Shown piece after piece: positions 16,014 through 26,480 of a stretch of 64,000 nt of DNA. Every line of letters starts with the position of its first letter. The first letter of the stretch is position 1. Below the pieces are notes generated by a model. The model was not told the origin of the DNA and ran no database searches. It saw only the letters and a list, made by a program, of their open reading frames with translations. The position numbers and the translations under genes were made by a program. The stretch is from a virus, in IMG/VR virus record IMGVR_UViG_3300011116_000416, positions 21,615 to 85,614 of that record. One strand, written 5' to 3'.

Positions 16014-19000
16014 CCTCCATTATCGTTGTTCCATCTTTTGTTTTGCCTAATGCAAACTTATAAACATTTCCCTCGTCCAACTTCATGTATGCCTTTGCAA
16101 ACGTAGTTGGAAATACCGTAACGCTGTGAAGCTCTCTAGCGGCATCTGCCAGAACCAGCGAAGCCATCTTCTTCCCAGCCTTAGTCACACGAGGTTTGAA
16201 TGACACTACAAATAGTTCATCATCCTTGTATGGCAATTGCCTAAAGTTTAGCAACTTAATCAGTGCTGACGGATTACCCTTAACTTCATCGGCTGGAATA
16301 GCAGTAACAACCCTATTATCACTTGCTAAAACAATGTATGTTCTACCAGCTTCGATTGTCGTATTCTCGTCATCAAAGATACCTGTGCTACCAGTCTTAT
16401 CTAGTAGTTCTACTCTTGACCATCCCTTGCCACGCTTGATACTCTTAATCATACCCATCAAAACGTATGCACCTTTTTCTTCGTATTCTTCGACATCGTT
16501 GATGAATGCGTGATAGTGCTGTGGAATAGAAATGCTAAACTCTGGCAGATTTAGATACTCGTAAAGATTTTCACGAATTTCTTCATCGTTTCTAGGGTTG
16601 TCATCAAATGTGGCAGCACCTACGAGCCTTAGAGCCTGTAATGCACGACTATTTACGCCATTGCCCTTACCAAATGTAAACGCTTCTAAGTCTTTATATG
16701 AAGCAAATGGTCTAGCCGCAATATACTTATTAGCAATGTTATCACTAATAAACTTGATAGCACTTAGTCCAAATCTAATACCCTTGCCTTCAATCTTGAA
16801 ATCAACATCGGATTCATTGATGTGTGGCAAGCGAACTGGAATACCCATACGCTTTGCTTCGATTAGATATTCTGTACGAGCATCTTTATCGCTCTCATTC
16901 TTAAGTAGCGAATACATGAACTCAATTGGATAGTTGTACTTTAGCCATGCAGTCCAGTAAGATACTGTCGAATAGGCAACAGCGTGAGACTTGTTAAACG
17001 AATATCCAGCGTGAGCCTCAAAGTCATGCCACAGGTCTTCTGCCATGTTTGGTGACAGGTAGCGTGAAGCACCTGCAATAAACTTATCTTGGAATACCTT
17101 AAACTCTTTAGCATCCTTTTTCTTACCGATAATCTTACGAACCTTGTCAGCTTCTGCCATCGTCATACCGCCAAGTTCCACACAGGCAAGCATAACCTGT
17201 TCCTGATACAGAATGCAACCATAAGTTTCTGCTGTAAATGACTTTATGACTTCGTGCTTGTAGTCAATATTTTGCTTACCGTGCTTACGAGCAATATAGT
17301 CTTTACCGATTGTGTTCATAGCACCTGGACGAACCAAGGCGTTAGAAGCCGCCAACTCATTAAAGTTTTTAACAACCATCTTAATTAGTAGGTTGGTGTA
17401 TGGCGTTGCTTCACATTGGAATACACCTTTAGTAAAACCATCAGACAACATACGATAAACATTGGCATCTTCCATATTAATTTTGTGTAGGTCAATGTCT
17501 TCGCCTGTACGCTCTTTAATAATTGCAAGCGTGTCCTGAATAACAGATAGAGTCTTTAGACCCAAAGCATCAATCTTAATTAGACCAATACGTTCTGCTT
17601 CTTCCATGTCCACTGCCACAACTGGAATACGTTCCTTGCTACCTGGAGTTGTTCTAGTCTCTAGTGGTGCATACTTAAAGATAGGCTCTTTAGCAGTAAC
17701 CACACCAGCAGCGTGAATACCTGTACCACGAATACGACCACGAAGTTGTTCTCCATAAAGTTCAATCTCTGGATACTTCTCACGGAATTCAGCAGTAGAT
17801 TTTGATGTTAGGTAGTCATCCCAGTCATCAACCAACTTAAGAACCTTGTTCACATCTGGTAGCGGAATATTTAACACACGAGCAATATCACGAATCATTC
17901 CCTTACCCTTGAACTCTAGGAATGTTGCAATAGAAGCAACGTGACGATACTGACGGACAAGGTAATCCTTTACTTCTTCACGTCTTGAATCCTGAATGTC
18001 TGTATCGATATCTGGGAAGTCATTACGTTCTGGGTTAATAAATCTAAAGAACAGAAGACCATGCTTGATTGGGTCAACATCTGTAATACCGAGAGCATAG
18101 CAGACAAGCGAGCCAGCGGCTGAACCACGACCTGGACCAACCATAATGCCTTCTTTCTTAGCCCAGTTAATCATATTACGAACAACCAAGAAGTATGGTG
18201 CAAAATTCTTGTCTTTAATAATTTGCAGTTCTTCTTCAACTCTAGCGTGGTATGTTGGGTCTAAGTCTAGTCCACGAGCCTTTAAGCCATCTAGCGATAA
18301 CTCATATAGTTCTTGGTCTGGATTCTGATATTGTGCAGGTAGCAGGTCTAAGTAGTCTTTGATATTGTAGTCTTCAACCTTGTTCATAATCTCAACAGTG
18401 TTGTCGTACATGTCCTGTCTTACAATACCCTGGGCTTCCATAGCATTGTGCATCTCTTCGTCAGATAGCAGGTGAATTTCATAATCCCTAAAAGTAATCT
18501 GGCGGTCAGCACCATACAGGTAATCCAACTTGTCCATAAGATTGTCTAGCTTTTGGCTACCAGCAAAAGTAGCATCTTTCTCAATCTTGTTAGAATATGT
18601 GTTTAGGATTAGTTTGAGTTCCTGGATTTCTCTCTGCTCTTTATTTGCGTGATGGCAGTCAGGAGTCACAATTGGCTTGATACCAAATTCATCTGCAAGA
18701 CTTAGAATAGTCTTGTTAATCTCTGGTGGGTTATGTGGCATAACCTCGATGTAGTAGTCATCACCAAATGTCTCTTTAGCCCATTGTAGGTGCGACTTAG
18801 CACTTGCTAGGTCATCCGCTTCAATTGCTTTTGCAAGATAGCCAGATAGACAGCCAGAAGTAATAATAAGTCCTTCTTTATACTTTTCTAGTGAAGCCCA
18901 ATCCATTCTTGGCTTCTTAAAAAATCCTTCTGTCCAAGCAATCTCATTAAGTTTGTTTAGGTTCTCTAAACCTTTTTCGTTTTTAGCAAGAATGATTAGG

Positions 19001-19278
19001 TGGTTATAAACCAAGTCTAGTGGGGTATCTTCTCGTTCATTCTTGTCACGTTGGTCAAATCTGTCCTGTGCAATATATCCTTCAACACCGAGGATTGGCT
19101 TGATACCCTTTTCAATTGCAGCACGATACATCTCACGATGTCCAGATAGCGAACCATGGTCAGTAATAGCGATGGCTGGCATTCCAATCTCGATTGCCCT
19201 GTCCACATATTCTTGTGGTGTCGCAATGCCATCAAATAGCGAATAGTGAGTGTGAACGTGTAGTCCAGCATAACTCAT
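15997..19278 (-). CDS. dnaE: DNA polymerase III alpha subunit
   Basis: PHP domain LHVHTHYS..DG, GPGRGSAAGS, PDIDTD, YSFNKSHA. Confidence 0.97.
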   Translation of the reverse strand: MSYAGLHVHTHYSLFDGIATPQEYVDRAIEIGMPAIAITDHGSLSGHREMYRAAIEKGIKPILGVEGYIAQDRFDQRDKNEREDTPLDLVYNHLIILAKNEKGLENLNKLNEIAWTEGFFKKPRMDWASLEKYKEGLIITSGCLSGYLAKAIEADDLASAKSHLQWAKETFGDDYYIEVMPHNPPEINKTILSLADEFGIKPIVTPDCHHANKEQREIQELKLILNTYSNKIEKDATFAGSQKLDNLMDKLDYLYGADRQITFRDYEIHLLSDEEMHNAMEAQGIVRQDMYDNTVEIMNKVEDYNIKDYLDLLPAQYQNPDQELYELSLDGLKARGLDLDPTYHARVEEELQIIKDKNFAPYFLVVRNMINWAKKEGIMVGPGRGSAAGSLVCYALGITDVDPIKHGLLFFRFINPERNDFPDIDTDIQDSRREEVKDYLVRQYRHVASIATFLEFKGKGMIRDIARVLNIPLPDVNKVLKLVDDWDDYLTSKSTAEFREKYPEIELYGEQLRGRIRGTGIHAAGVVTAKEPIFKYAPLETRTTPGSKERIPVVAVDMEEAERIGLIKIDALGLKTLSVIQDTLAIIKERTGEDIDLHKINMEDANVYRMLSDGFTKGVFQCEATPYTNLLIKMVVKNFNELAASNALVRPGAMNTIGKDYIARKHGKQNIDYKHEVIKSFTAETYGCILYQEQVMLACVELGGMTMAEADKVRKIIGKKKDAKEFKVFQDKFIAGASRYLSPNMAEDLWHDFEAHAGYSFNKSHAVAYSTVSYWTAWLKYNYPIEFMYSLLKNESDKDARTEYLIEAKRMGIPVRLPHINESDVDFKIEGKGIRFGLSAIKFISDNIANKYIAARPFASYKDLEAFTFGKGNGVNSRALQALRLVGAATFDDNPRNDEEIRENLYEYLNLPEFSISIPQHYHAFINDVEEYEEKGAYVLMGMIKSIKRGKGWSRVELLDKTGSTGIFDDENTTIEAGRTYIVLASDNRVVTAIPADEVKGNPSALIKLLNFRQLPYKDDELFVVSFKPRVTKAGKKMASLVLADAARELHSVTVFPTTFAKAYMKLDEGNVYKFALGKTKDGTTIMEDVFNV

Positions 19279-19298
19279 ATTGTTTTTCCTTAAAGTCT

Positions 19299-19336
19299 AA
19301 AAAGTGGGGGCACAGAGCAAATCATGTACCCCCACA
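19299..19336 (-). terminator. intrinsic terminator or attenuator between SSB and dnaE
   Basis: GTGGGGGTACA...TGTGCCCCCAC followed by TTTT. Confidence 0.7.
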
Positions 19337-19342
19337 GCCTGA

Positions 19343-19996
19343 TTACCAGTCTATGTTACTTGATGTAACAGACGGAGTGTCAAAGCCGAAGAAGAAATTC
19401 TCCTGCTCTGCATATGGAACTTCACGAACAACCTTTTCAAGATTGAAAGGCTCGATACCATCCCATTTGAATGGTTCTGTATCTGGCTTAGTTGGAAGCA
19501 AGGTGTAGCTGGTTTCAGTTCCCTGACCATTACGCTTAATCTTCCACTCCAAGTTAGAGATAGAACCAGTTTCCAGTGCATACTCACGAATAGTGTTGAA
19601 TGCAGACTGCTTTGAAATACCCTGAGACCATACAGCAACGTATGTTGGCTCTAGACCATCTTCGATTAGTACGTTTCCGTACCAGCGTAGACGTGCTCTC
19701 CAGCCAGACTTAGGCTCCTTACGAGCCATCTCACAGCCATAGCAACGACCTTCTGATTCGATGGTACAAGCAGCCTTACGCTTGTAGTCCTTTGGGTTAG
19801 TGTGTTCTGCGATTACAACAGAAAGACCACGGCTCTCGTTGTATGTTGCAGAATCGGTGTCCAGTTCCTCGATGAAACGGATTTTTGCAGACTGTCCATC
19901 CGCTAGCTTTACCCAGCGAACTTTCTGTCCAGTGCTTTCATACTTTGGCTTATCAAGTATATCGCTGATATTCTTTAGCCCTTTAATTACGCTCAT
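19343..19996 (-). CDS. single-stranded DNA-binding protein (gp32-like)
   Basis: W.KL.DG....RF, C...C..C zinc site, KR.G.G..T.Y motif, acidic/aromatic tail; lies between primase and polymerase. Confidence 0.75.
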   Translation of the reverse strand: MSVIKGLKNISDILDKPKYESTGQKVRWVKLADGQSAKIRFIEELDTDSATYNESRGLSVVIAEHTNPKDYKRKAACTIESEGRCYGCEMARKEPKSGWRARLRWYGNVLIEDGLEPTYVAVWSQGISKQSAFNTIREYALETGSISNLEWKIKRNGQGTETSYTLLPTKPDTEPFKWDGIEPFNLEKVVREVPYAEQENFFFGFDTPSVTSSNIDW

Positions 19997-20027
19997 AATA
20001 TTCTCCTTATGTTTTTGTAGCGGTATA

Positions 20028-20972
20028 TTAGTTTAGCATACTAGCAATAGTTTTGTCAAATGATTCATCAAGATTCTTAATAGCTTCATCAGACATATCG
20101 CCAATATCCTTATATTGTTTATCTAGTTGTACAACAGATACACGAGAGCCAAGACGTTCAATAATCTTGTCTTTCATATTTCCGCCAGCTTCATCATTAT
20201 CAGCAATAACAATAATGTTATTGAAATACTTCTGAAGTAGGTCTGTTTGGAAGTTGGACACATTTGCACCCAACGTTGCTACCGCTGAAAAACCGCATTG
20301 GTCTAGACGGATAGCATCAAATGATGATTCAACTACATAGACTTTGCTAGAAGTCTTTACACGATGTAAGTTGAATAAAGTCTTTGCTTTCGGCAATCCT
20401 GGTGTATTCTTGAAGTCCTTGCCTTCAATGGAACGACCAACAAAGCCAACAGGTATGCCATCTGGAGAGTGAACAGGGATAGTGACCATATCTTGCTTTT
20501 CACTAAATCCAAGGTCAAACTTCTTGATTGATTCTTCTGTTATTAGTCTGCCACTGTAATATCTCAATGCCCTTGGCGATTCCAATGCCTGTTGATTTAA
20601 ACGTCTAATCTGCAACTCGTCATATGGGATATAGTCTGGCTTAGTCACCAATGTTTGATTAATTTGATACTCTAGGTCAGTTTCTGTTTCTTTGGACTTG
20701 ATAAAGCGTACTGCCTCAAAGTATGTTCTAGCGGATGTTTGCATAACCAATGCAACTAAATCACAAACATGTTGGCAAGAGAAGCAATAGAACATACCAG
20801 AACGCTTGTCAACTTCCCCAGCTGGTGAGCGGTAGTTGTTGTGAAATGGACAGAAAATGATATAATCAGAGTCTACTTCGTTTTCGACTGTGATGCCTGA
20901 CCCTGCAATAACTCTTTTAATTTGTTCTTTTGAGTAGGAACCAGTTGAGTTCCGTCTATTCCTGATATCCAT
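20028..20972 (-). CDS. dnaG: DNA primase (CHC2 zinc finger plus TOPRIM)
   Basis: CPFH...CFSC, VVESSFDA, DNDEAG, KDIGDM. Confidence 0.92.
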   Translation of the reverse strand: MDIRNRRNSTGSYSKEQIKRVIAGSGITVENEVDSDYIIFCPFHNNYRSPAGEVDKRSGMFYCFSCQHVCDLVALVMQTSARTYFEAVRFIKSKETETDLEYQINQTLVTKPDYIPYDELQIRRLNQQALESPRALRYYSGRLITEESIKKFDLGFSEKQDMVTIPVHSPDGIPVGFVGRSIEGKDFKNTPGLPKAKTLFNLHRVKTSSKVYVVESSFDAIRLDQCGFSAVATLGANVSNFQTDLLQKYFNNIIVIADNDEAGGNMKDKIIERLGSRVSVVQLDKQYKDIGDMSDEAIKNLDESFDKTIASMLN

Positions 20973-21217
20973 AAAGCCTTTTTCTTTCCTATGTATGTTC
21001 CGTATACTGTTAATGTGAATTCAAAGTAATCGTGTTCGTTATTATATTTTATCGTAAACTGTGGGTCTATGTCAAGTCTTGGAATATAGCCCAGTTCACA
21101 CATTTCAAGGTTCTTTAGTCTAACTAATTCGAGCCTGAGCCTTCCGATAGCAGCATCATTCTTGATGATACCATCAAAAGTAAAGTTCTTAATAGGCTTG
21201 TGATATAAATTGTCCAC
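20873..21217 (-). CDS. hypothetical protein
   Basis: 114 aa; GY.P.LDIDP.F motif; TATAAT 5 nt before the GTG. Confidence 0.65.
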   Translation of the reverse strand: MDNLYHKPIKNFTFDGIIKNDAAIGRLRLELVRLKNLEMCELGYIPRLDIDPQFTIKYNNEHDYFEFTLTVYGTYIGKKKALWISGIDGTQLVPTQKNKLKELLQGQASQSKTK

Positions 21218-21229
21218 AATCCATTATAA

Positions 21230-22450
21230 CTAGTTATCTTCATAATCCTTGTATTTATACCAGCCCTTGTCAAAGTCAACCTGAACCAGGAACTCGCCCA
21301 TAAAGCCATTACGGTTTTTACGGAATACGCACTCGATAATGTCTGAATTTGTCCCACGACCTAGAGCCATTACCCAGTCAGCATCGTAGGCAATCTGGCG
21401 TGACCAAGCGGTTTGCCCCAAAGTAGGAACAGTATCTAACTTGGTAACGTCATCTGGTGTAGCAGACGAAATTGCAATAATCGGCACTTCTTCTGCGATA
21501 GCCATAAGCTTTAGTTCACGAGATAGGTTCTTCATACGAACTGTTTCGTTGTCTGACTTTTGGTTTGGAGACATAAGTTGCAAATAGTCCACAATAATAA
21601 AGTCTGGCTTGTACTGGTCAATCTTGCCACGAATAACCGATGGAGTAACTTCTCCACCAGAATCATTAGAGATGATATGGAATTCTGGCTTGCCAGCAAG
21701 CTCTTTGCCATGCCAACGCTTTAGGTCATCAATCTCTACCTGACCATTACTTAGTTTACGGTGTGACCATAAACCATCACCCATAATCGTAAAGACACGA
21801 TTACGAACTTCTGTTTCTGACATTTCTAGCGATATGATTAGTGGTGACTTGCCCTGCTTCCATGCCTGTACCGCAAAATATAGCGATAGCCAAGATTTAC
21901 CAATACCTGGATAAGCAAGGAATACGCCCAATTGTCCTGGCATAATTCCAGCAGGTAGATAGTTATCAAATCCTGGTAGCCCAGTCTTGATACCAACAGC
22001 ACCTAATTCGTTTTGCTTTTGTACTTGCTCAAAGTATGCGACAGCAGAATCAATATCAGTAACGTCAATATCACGAATTACTGCTGTGTTTTTCTTTAGC
22101 TCTGATGTTTTTTGAATAATGTCTTCGAGTGCTTTGCTACCCTGACCAGCCTGAACATCTGTAGCAGTAGTACGCAAGATATCTTTAAGGCTATCATTTA
22201 GGTATTCAGCCTGTAGCTCTTCTAGGTGATATTTAGTTGCACCCACGCCATCTATTGGTGCAAAATCACGGAACTTTTCTACAACCAAAGATACAGGTGG
22301 AACCGTGCCATTGGCTTCAGAATAGTTGCGGATAAATGTCCATATATCATTATGTGTTCTAAGAATGTTCTCGACATTTGCTTGCAGCAAAACGTGAACT
22401 TGTTTGTCTGCCAATACAGCAGATATTAGTTTTGATTCTGTATTATTCAC
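21230..22450 (-). CDS. dnaB: DnaB-like replicative helicase
   Basis: AYPGIGKS, SLEM, VDYLQLM, YDAD, KNRNG. Confidence 0.93.
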   Translation of the reverse strand: MNNTESKLISAVLADKQVHVLLQANVENILRTHNDIWTFIRNYSEANGTVPPVSLVVEKFRDFAPIDGVGATKYHLEELQAEYLNDSLKDILRTTATDVQAGQGSKALEDIIQKTSELKKNTAVIRDIDVTDIDSAVAYFEQVQKQNELGAVGIKTGLPGFDNYLPAGIMPGQLGVFLAYPGIGKSWLSLYFAVQAWKQGKSPLIISLEMSETEVRNRVFTIMGDGLWSHRKLSNGQVEIDDLKRWHGKELAGKPEFHIISNDSGGEVTPSVIRGKIDQYKPDFIIVDYLQLMSPNQKSDNETVRMKNLSRELKLMAIAEEVPIIAISSATPDDVTKLDTVPTLGQTAWSRQIAYDADWVMALGRGTNSDIIECVFRKNRNGFMGEFLVQVDFDKGWYKYKDYEDN

Positions 22451-22751
22451 TTAGCCACTCCTTAGCCCTTGCCCTACGTTCTGCACGTTCTTCTATATCT
22501 TCTTGTATTTGCTTACGCTTATACACAATGTGGTCTGCATAATTTGCAAAGTATTTCCAGTTTGGTGTTGGTGCTACATCAAAGTAGTATTGTAGTAACT
22601 CATAGCAATCTGGCAAGCCATAGGATTCGATAAGGGCATCTGCTGCCCATTGCTCTACGTTTAAGTTTAGTGATGGCTTTTCTTCGTACCTTGCAGTATG
22701 TAACTTGCTGTAGCGACTAAGCAAAGCCATGCGGTCTTTGCGGTCTGCCAT
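22443..22751 (-). CDS. hypothetical protein (helicase-associated)
   Basis: 102 aa ORF overlapping the helicase start. Confidence 0.65.
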   Translation of the reverse strand: MADRKDRMALLSRYSKLHTARYEEKPSLNLNVEQWAADALIESYGLPDCYELLQYYFDVAPTPNWKYFANYADHIVYKRKQIQEDIEERAERRARAKEWLSE

Positions 22752-22960
22752 TACTTACTTTCTGTTTCTTCTACTGCTTCTGCAACTTTTTCAGATAGCT
22801 TCTGCTCTACAAAAGCATAAACACGCTCAAATGCATCGTTTGTATTTTCACCTTCACGCTTATTATCTGATACAGATAGGTCAATACGCAGGGATTGAAA
22901 GTTGCCTAGATTAAGCGTATAGCCTAGCCCAACTGTTACTTTAGTGTTGTCGTTTTCCAT
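22751..22960 (-). CDS. small conserved phage protein
   Basis: V.LGYTLNLGNFQSLRID motif; SD spacing favours ATG at 22960. Confidence 0.7.
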   Translation of the reverse strand: MENDNTKVTVGLGYTLNLGNFQSLRIDLSVSDNKREGENTNDAFERVYAFVEQKLSEKVAEAVEETESK

Positions 22961-22981
22961 TATTCTCATACCCTTTCAAGG

Positions 22982-23512
22982 CTAAATAGATTCAGACCAG
23001 ACAGGGATAAAACGCCCATCTTCAGTCTTCGTATATGTAAGTATACCATCTCCCATTCGTCTTGTCAACTCCTGTTTGGTAGGTGTTACATCATTTGTAA
23101 TTAGTTTATCTTTTCTTGGTCTACCGTGATGGTAGGAAGCCAGTATATCACGAATTTCCCTAACTTGTGCCTCGGAATAGTAAGAACGAACCTGCCAAGC
23201 CCTCTCTCCGCCCTTCTGTGACCCCATAGGGAAGGGAATAATGCCTTTGAACATTAATTGTGGCATATATTTTTTATGTCTGTTTACGAGCTGTGCAGCC
23301 TGTCCAACGGTATATGCACGAAGCCTATTTTTCTTAAAATCATTAACTAAACAACTTTCGATTCTATCTTTTGTAATATTATAAACAGACATTATTCCAT
23401 TAGAGTTGTTCATATGATAAACACGAACCAAGTCCCCATTCAAAAACCATACCTTTTTGCTTGCTGGTACAACTGGGGCTGAATTATACTCTTCCATTGT
23501 TAGAGCAGCCAT
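22982..23512 (-). CDS. HTH (MerR-like) DNA-binding protein
   Basis: AYTVGQAAQLVNRH....G.IP.P...R.YYSE pattern. Confidence 0.65.
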   Translation of the reverse strand: MAALTMEEYNSAPVVPASKKVWFLNGDLVRVYHMNNSNGIMSVYNITKDRIESCLVNDFKKNRLRAYTVGQAAQLVNRHKKYMPQLMFKGIIPFPMGSQKGGERAWQVRSYYSEAQVREIRDILASYHHGRPRKDKLITNDVTPTKQELTRRMGDGILTYTKTEDGRFIPVWSESI

Positions 23513-23520
23513 TTAAACTC

Positions 23521-23991
23521 CTAAGTAGTAGTTGTAGCTAATTTTCCAATAGCTGTGATAAGAACGCCAAGTGTTTGTGAGTCTGCTGTTTTGGCTGGAC
23601 CACAAACAACCTTAAATGTACAGGAGTCAAGCCCAACGTCTGTAATCACTATACTAGATAAAATATCCTGTGAATTTACTTGACCACCAGAAGCATATAT
23701 TGTTGCCTGAACTATTGGATTTTCTAAAAATCTTATGCCAAAATTAACCTTTTCTTCTCCACTAGTGCTATTTGCAGTAGTTTTTAAAGTAAAGGTTGTT
23801 CTTTGAAAAACAGTAGAAGTTCCCCATTGACCATTTTTTAAAATAGATTTTGTGGTATCTCCATTTTTACCTATTGAAGAGTCGGAGGAGTATTGCAATG
23901 AAGAAATTGCATTAATAGTATTTACTATGTTAGAAAGTACTTGCTGGTCTATTAGTGTACCAGATTGGATTGGTGAAATGTCTTGAGCCAT
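23521..23991 (-). CDS. small tail-tip protein (H-type-lectin-like C-terminus)
   Basis: V.F...F...P.V.AT ... ITAIG pattern; last gene of the tail block. Confidence 0.5.
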   Translation of the reverse strand: MAQDISPIQSGTLIDQQVLSNIVNTINAISSLQYSSDSSIGKNGDTTKSILKNGQWGTSTVFQRTTFTLKTTANSTSGEEKVNFGIRFLENPIVQATIYASGGQVNSQDILSSIVITDVGLDSCTFKVVCGPAKTADSQTLGVLITAIGKLATTTT

Positions 23992-24025
23992 AACTCTATT
24001 ATACCATTAAATCCTTTGCTTATTA

Positions 24026-24547
24026 TTAAACAATAGACCCTGCATCGAATATGGGTCTAGTGGAGATTCCACCTGTTTGGAAGAGAAGTGCGTTAGTATT
24101 AATAACCTTTAGCCCTGTTGGAATTTGAACAGCAACCTTAACATATTGAGCTAAAACCGATGAAACTATGGGTATCTCAATAAAGTAAGTATATGTATTT
24201 ACCGTATCAGCATATTCAAAATCTGTGTAAGAAGCTCCATTATCATAAGACCAGGCAAAATATATATCAAATTTTTGTCTATCTAAGATTTCGGGAACTG
24301 TCCATCTAACATTCAATGCTGTTCCACCAGATTGAAAAGATGTTACAGAATACTCTGGAGTGTATCCAGCTATTATAGATGAAACGCTATCTTGAGAAGA
24401 TAATGAAAATGTTGACCATTCAGATGCTGTTTCACCATCAGTTGAAACAAGTTTAAATCTATTGAGATAGCTTAAGCTAGATGATGAATTTTCTATTGTT
24501 GCCGAGCCTACCGCTGCTAAAATTGCTGTTGCTATTTGTTCTGCCAT
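24026..24547 (-). CDS. minor tail protein
   Basis: Position in the tail block; beta-rich FN3-like pattern. Confidence 0.5.
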   Translation of the reverse strand: MAEQIATAILAAVGSATIENSSSSLSYLNRFKLVSTDGETASEWSTFSLSSQDSVSSIIAGYTPEYSVTSFQSGGTALNVRWTVPEILDRQKFDIYFAWSYDNGASYTDFEYADTVNTYTYFIEIPIVSSVLAQYVKVAVQIPTGLKVINTNALLFQTGGISTRPIFDAGSIV

Positions 24548-25899
24548 TATGTCACATCCACAACTGCTTTAAATTCCATAAAGTTTGCAGTGTTTTCTTT
24601 TTTAATGATTGGTTGTAAATCGGTTGTTGCTATTTTTGTATATCCTGTTAAACCATAAACGTTACTAAAAGATGATATATTTTCAATTCTCATTGCATCT
24701 AAGGCTACATAGAAGTCATCTGGAGTAGCACCTCCAGAGCCAGTGACATAAACATAAATATGTACAACAGTTACTTCAGACCATTTAAATGAGGCACTTT
24801 TAACTAATTCACTTAATTTTTTAGTTGCAACAACATATCTATTATTTGGATAATCTTGTTGCGTTGTTGATGTTCCATTATCTAAATTCACTACAAAATT
24901 TGCATAGTTTGTTGCAGATTCATCACTTAGGAATCTTACTAATATTTTTACATTGCTTACTGCATCTGTGTTTCCAATTCCACCTTTATTTAACACCGAA
25001 AATGCTAGCTTTAATTCATCATCAGTTGAATTTGAATCAAAATCAAATCCGTTTGGTGTATCTAGATGTAAGTGAGAGCCAGAACTTATTGTAAGATTGC
25101 TTCCGCTAGCTGCTAAAACTGATGTATCTCCTCTTATGATGACTACGTTATTTAGAAATCTCGGTCTTTCATATCTATTAATTCTTGTAGGATATAGTGT
25201 GCTATCAAACAATCCATTATCTGCGTTTGTAAAAAATGCGTCAGAGGTTTCTGTTATGTCATTATTTGCATTTGTTATTGCTCCAAATTTTTCTGGAATA
25301 GAAGTTATGGCTGTTCCTGTATCATATTGCCAAGCTTCCGTTGTGTTAAATAGCATAATGTTTATACTGTCTGAGCCAGTTGCAGTTGGATTTACAAGAG
25401 CTGGATAAAGACCAACCTCTGTAATTTCATATCTATTTAAACTAGGAAGTTCTGCAGTAAAAATTATTTTAGATATTCCATCTTCTGTTACATAAGATTT
25501 TGAAATTATTGGAACCCTTTCCATTTCAAATAGCATAGATGTTTTATTTGCAAAGCTTACTACCGCAGTTCCTGTTGGGCTTACTGCAGTAGAACTAATG
25601 GTTGCCGAAGAAGCAACCGTATAAACTAGTGATGTGTTGCTAGTTCCAGCAATTAATTGATATGTTCCATTAAGTCTAGTATCTACGTTATAAACACTAA
25701 TATAATCACCAACAGCAAGTCCATGTGCAACTGAAGTTGTTAAAGTTGCGGTATTTGATAATAATGCCTTATTGTTAATTGTAAATGTTTGTGTAGAGAC
25801 TGGTTTTGTTCCACAGCCAATAGCCAAATAAGATGCGAACTCTTGTGCCTGACCAACAAGATATTTGCCAATTATCGATTTTCCTGTATTTGTAATCAT
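24547..25899 (-). CDS. minor tail / baseplate-like protein
   Basis: MITNTGK..I.KYL, FE..RVPI, ITEVGLY motifs; contains the repeated AHGL.VGD module. Confidence 0.65.
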   Translation of the reverse strand: MITNTGKSIIGKYLVGQAQEFASYLAIGCGTKPVSTQTFTINNKALLSNTATLTTSVAHGLAVGDYISVYNVDTRLNGTYQLIAGTSNTSLVYTVASSATISSTAVSPTGTAVVSFANKTSMLFEMERVPIISKSYVTEDGISKIIFTAELPSLNRYEITEVGLYPALVNPTATGSDSINIMLFNTTEAWQYDTGTAITSIPEKFGAITNANNDITETSDAFFTNADNGLFDSTLYPTRINRYERPRFLNNVVIIRGDTSVLAASGSNLTISSGSHLHLDTPNGFDFDSNSTDDELKLAFSVLNKGGIGNTDAVSNVKILVRFLSDESATNYANFVVNLDNGTSTTQQDYPNNRYVVATKKLSELVKSASFKWSEVTVVHIYVYVTGSGGATPDDFYVALDAMRIENISSFSNVYGLTGYTKIATTDLQPIIKKENTANFMEFKAVVDVT

Positions 25900-25945
25900 A
25901 TTATCCTAGAATCTATTGTAGCAGATTTAGCCCATACTTTCTTTA

Positions 25946-26479
25946 TCATGGCAACAATGACCCCCAGTTTCCAAAAACTAGCTTCGTTTCTGGGGTTGCT
26001 ATTTGAAGCACAATTTGAGTATTTTTAGGAACACCAGTTGTAGGAACATTAATAGTAATAACCCCAGAGGTGGATGTTGTAGAGCCATAACCCTTGATAT
26101 CCTCTGCATAAATTGCCGCCATTGTTTTAATTGGTATAATTTTTGTAGAACGATTAGACTCGGTTATTTCCCTAATATTCGAAATATTGTCAGTTAGACC
26201 AAGCACTTGAATATTACTATTTATATTATTATTTAAAGCAAGACCAACAATATCTTTTGCACTTATTTCATCAAATAGTGCTTGGGTTATTTGGTCTACC
26301 GTGACTTCTGGCTCATTTTGAATAAATAAATTTGATGTAGCTATCTTAACATCATTTGTCTTTTTTATATCCTTTTTAGGAACTTCTGGTGTTGCCGCTG
26401 TAAGTTCCGCCCTTCTTGGACTTGAAAAACCTGATGCTGATGTCGCTGTTCTTTCTGCAATTCTTGCATTTACTGACAT
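25946..26479 (-). CDS. minor tail protein (hypothetical)
   Basis: Position in the tail block. Confidence 0.5.
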   Translation of the reverse strand: MSVNARIAERTATSASGFSSPRRAELTAATPEVPKKDIKKTNDVKIATSNLFIQNEPEVTVDQITQALFDEISAKDIVGLALNNNINSNIQVLGLTDNISNIREITESNRSTKIIPIKTMAAIYAEDIKGYGSTTSTSGVITINVPTTGVPKNTQIVLQIATPETKLVFGNWGSLLP

Positions 26480-26480
26480 A

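Noticed and set aside
15997-19278. Inteins or introns in DnaE (also checked TerL, DnaB, RecA, NrdJ)
   Set aside because: Lengths are normal, catalytic motifs are contiguous, and no C...HN splice or LAGLIDADG motifs were seen.
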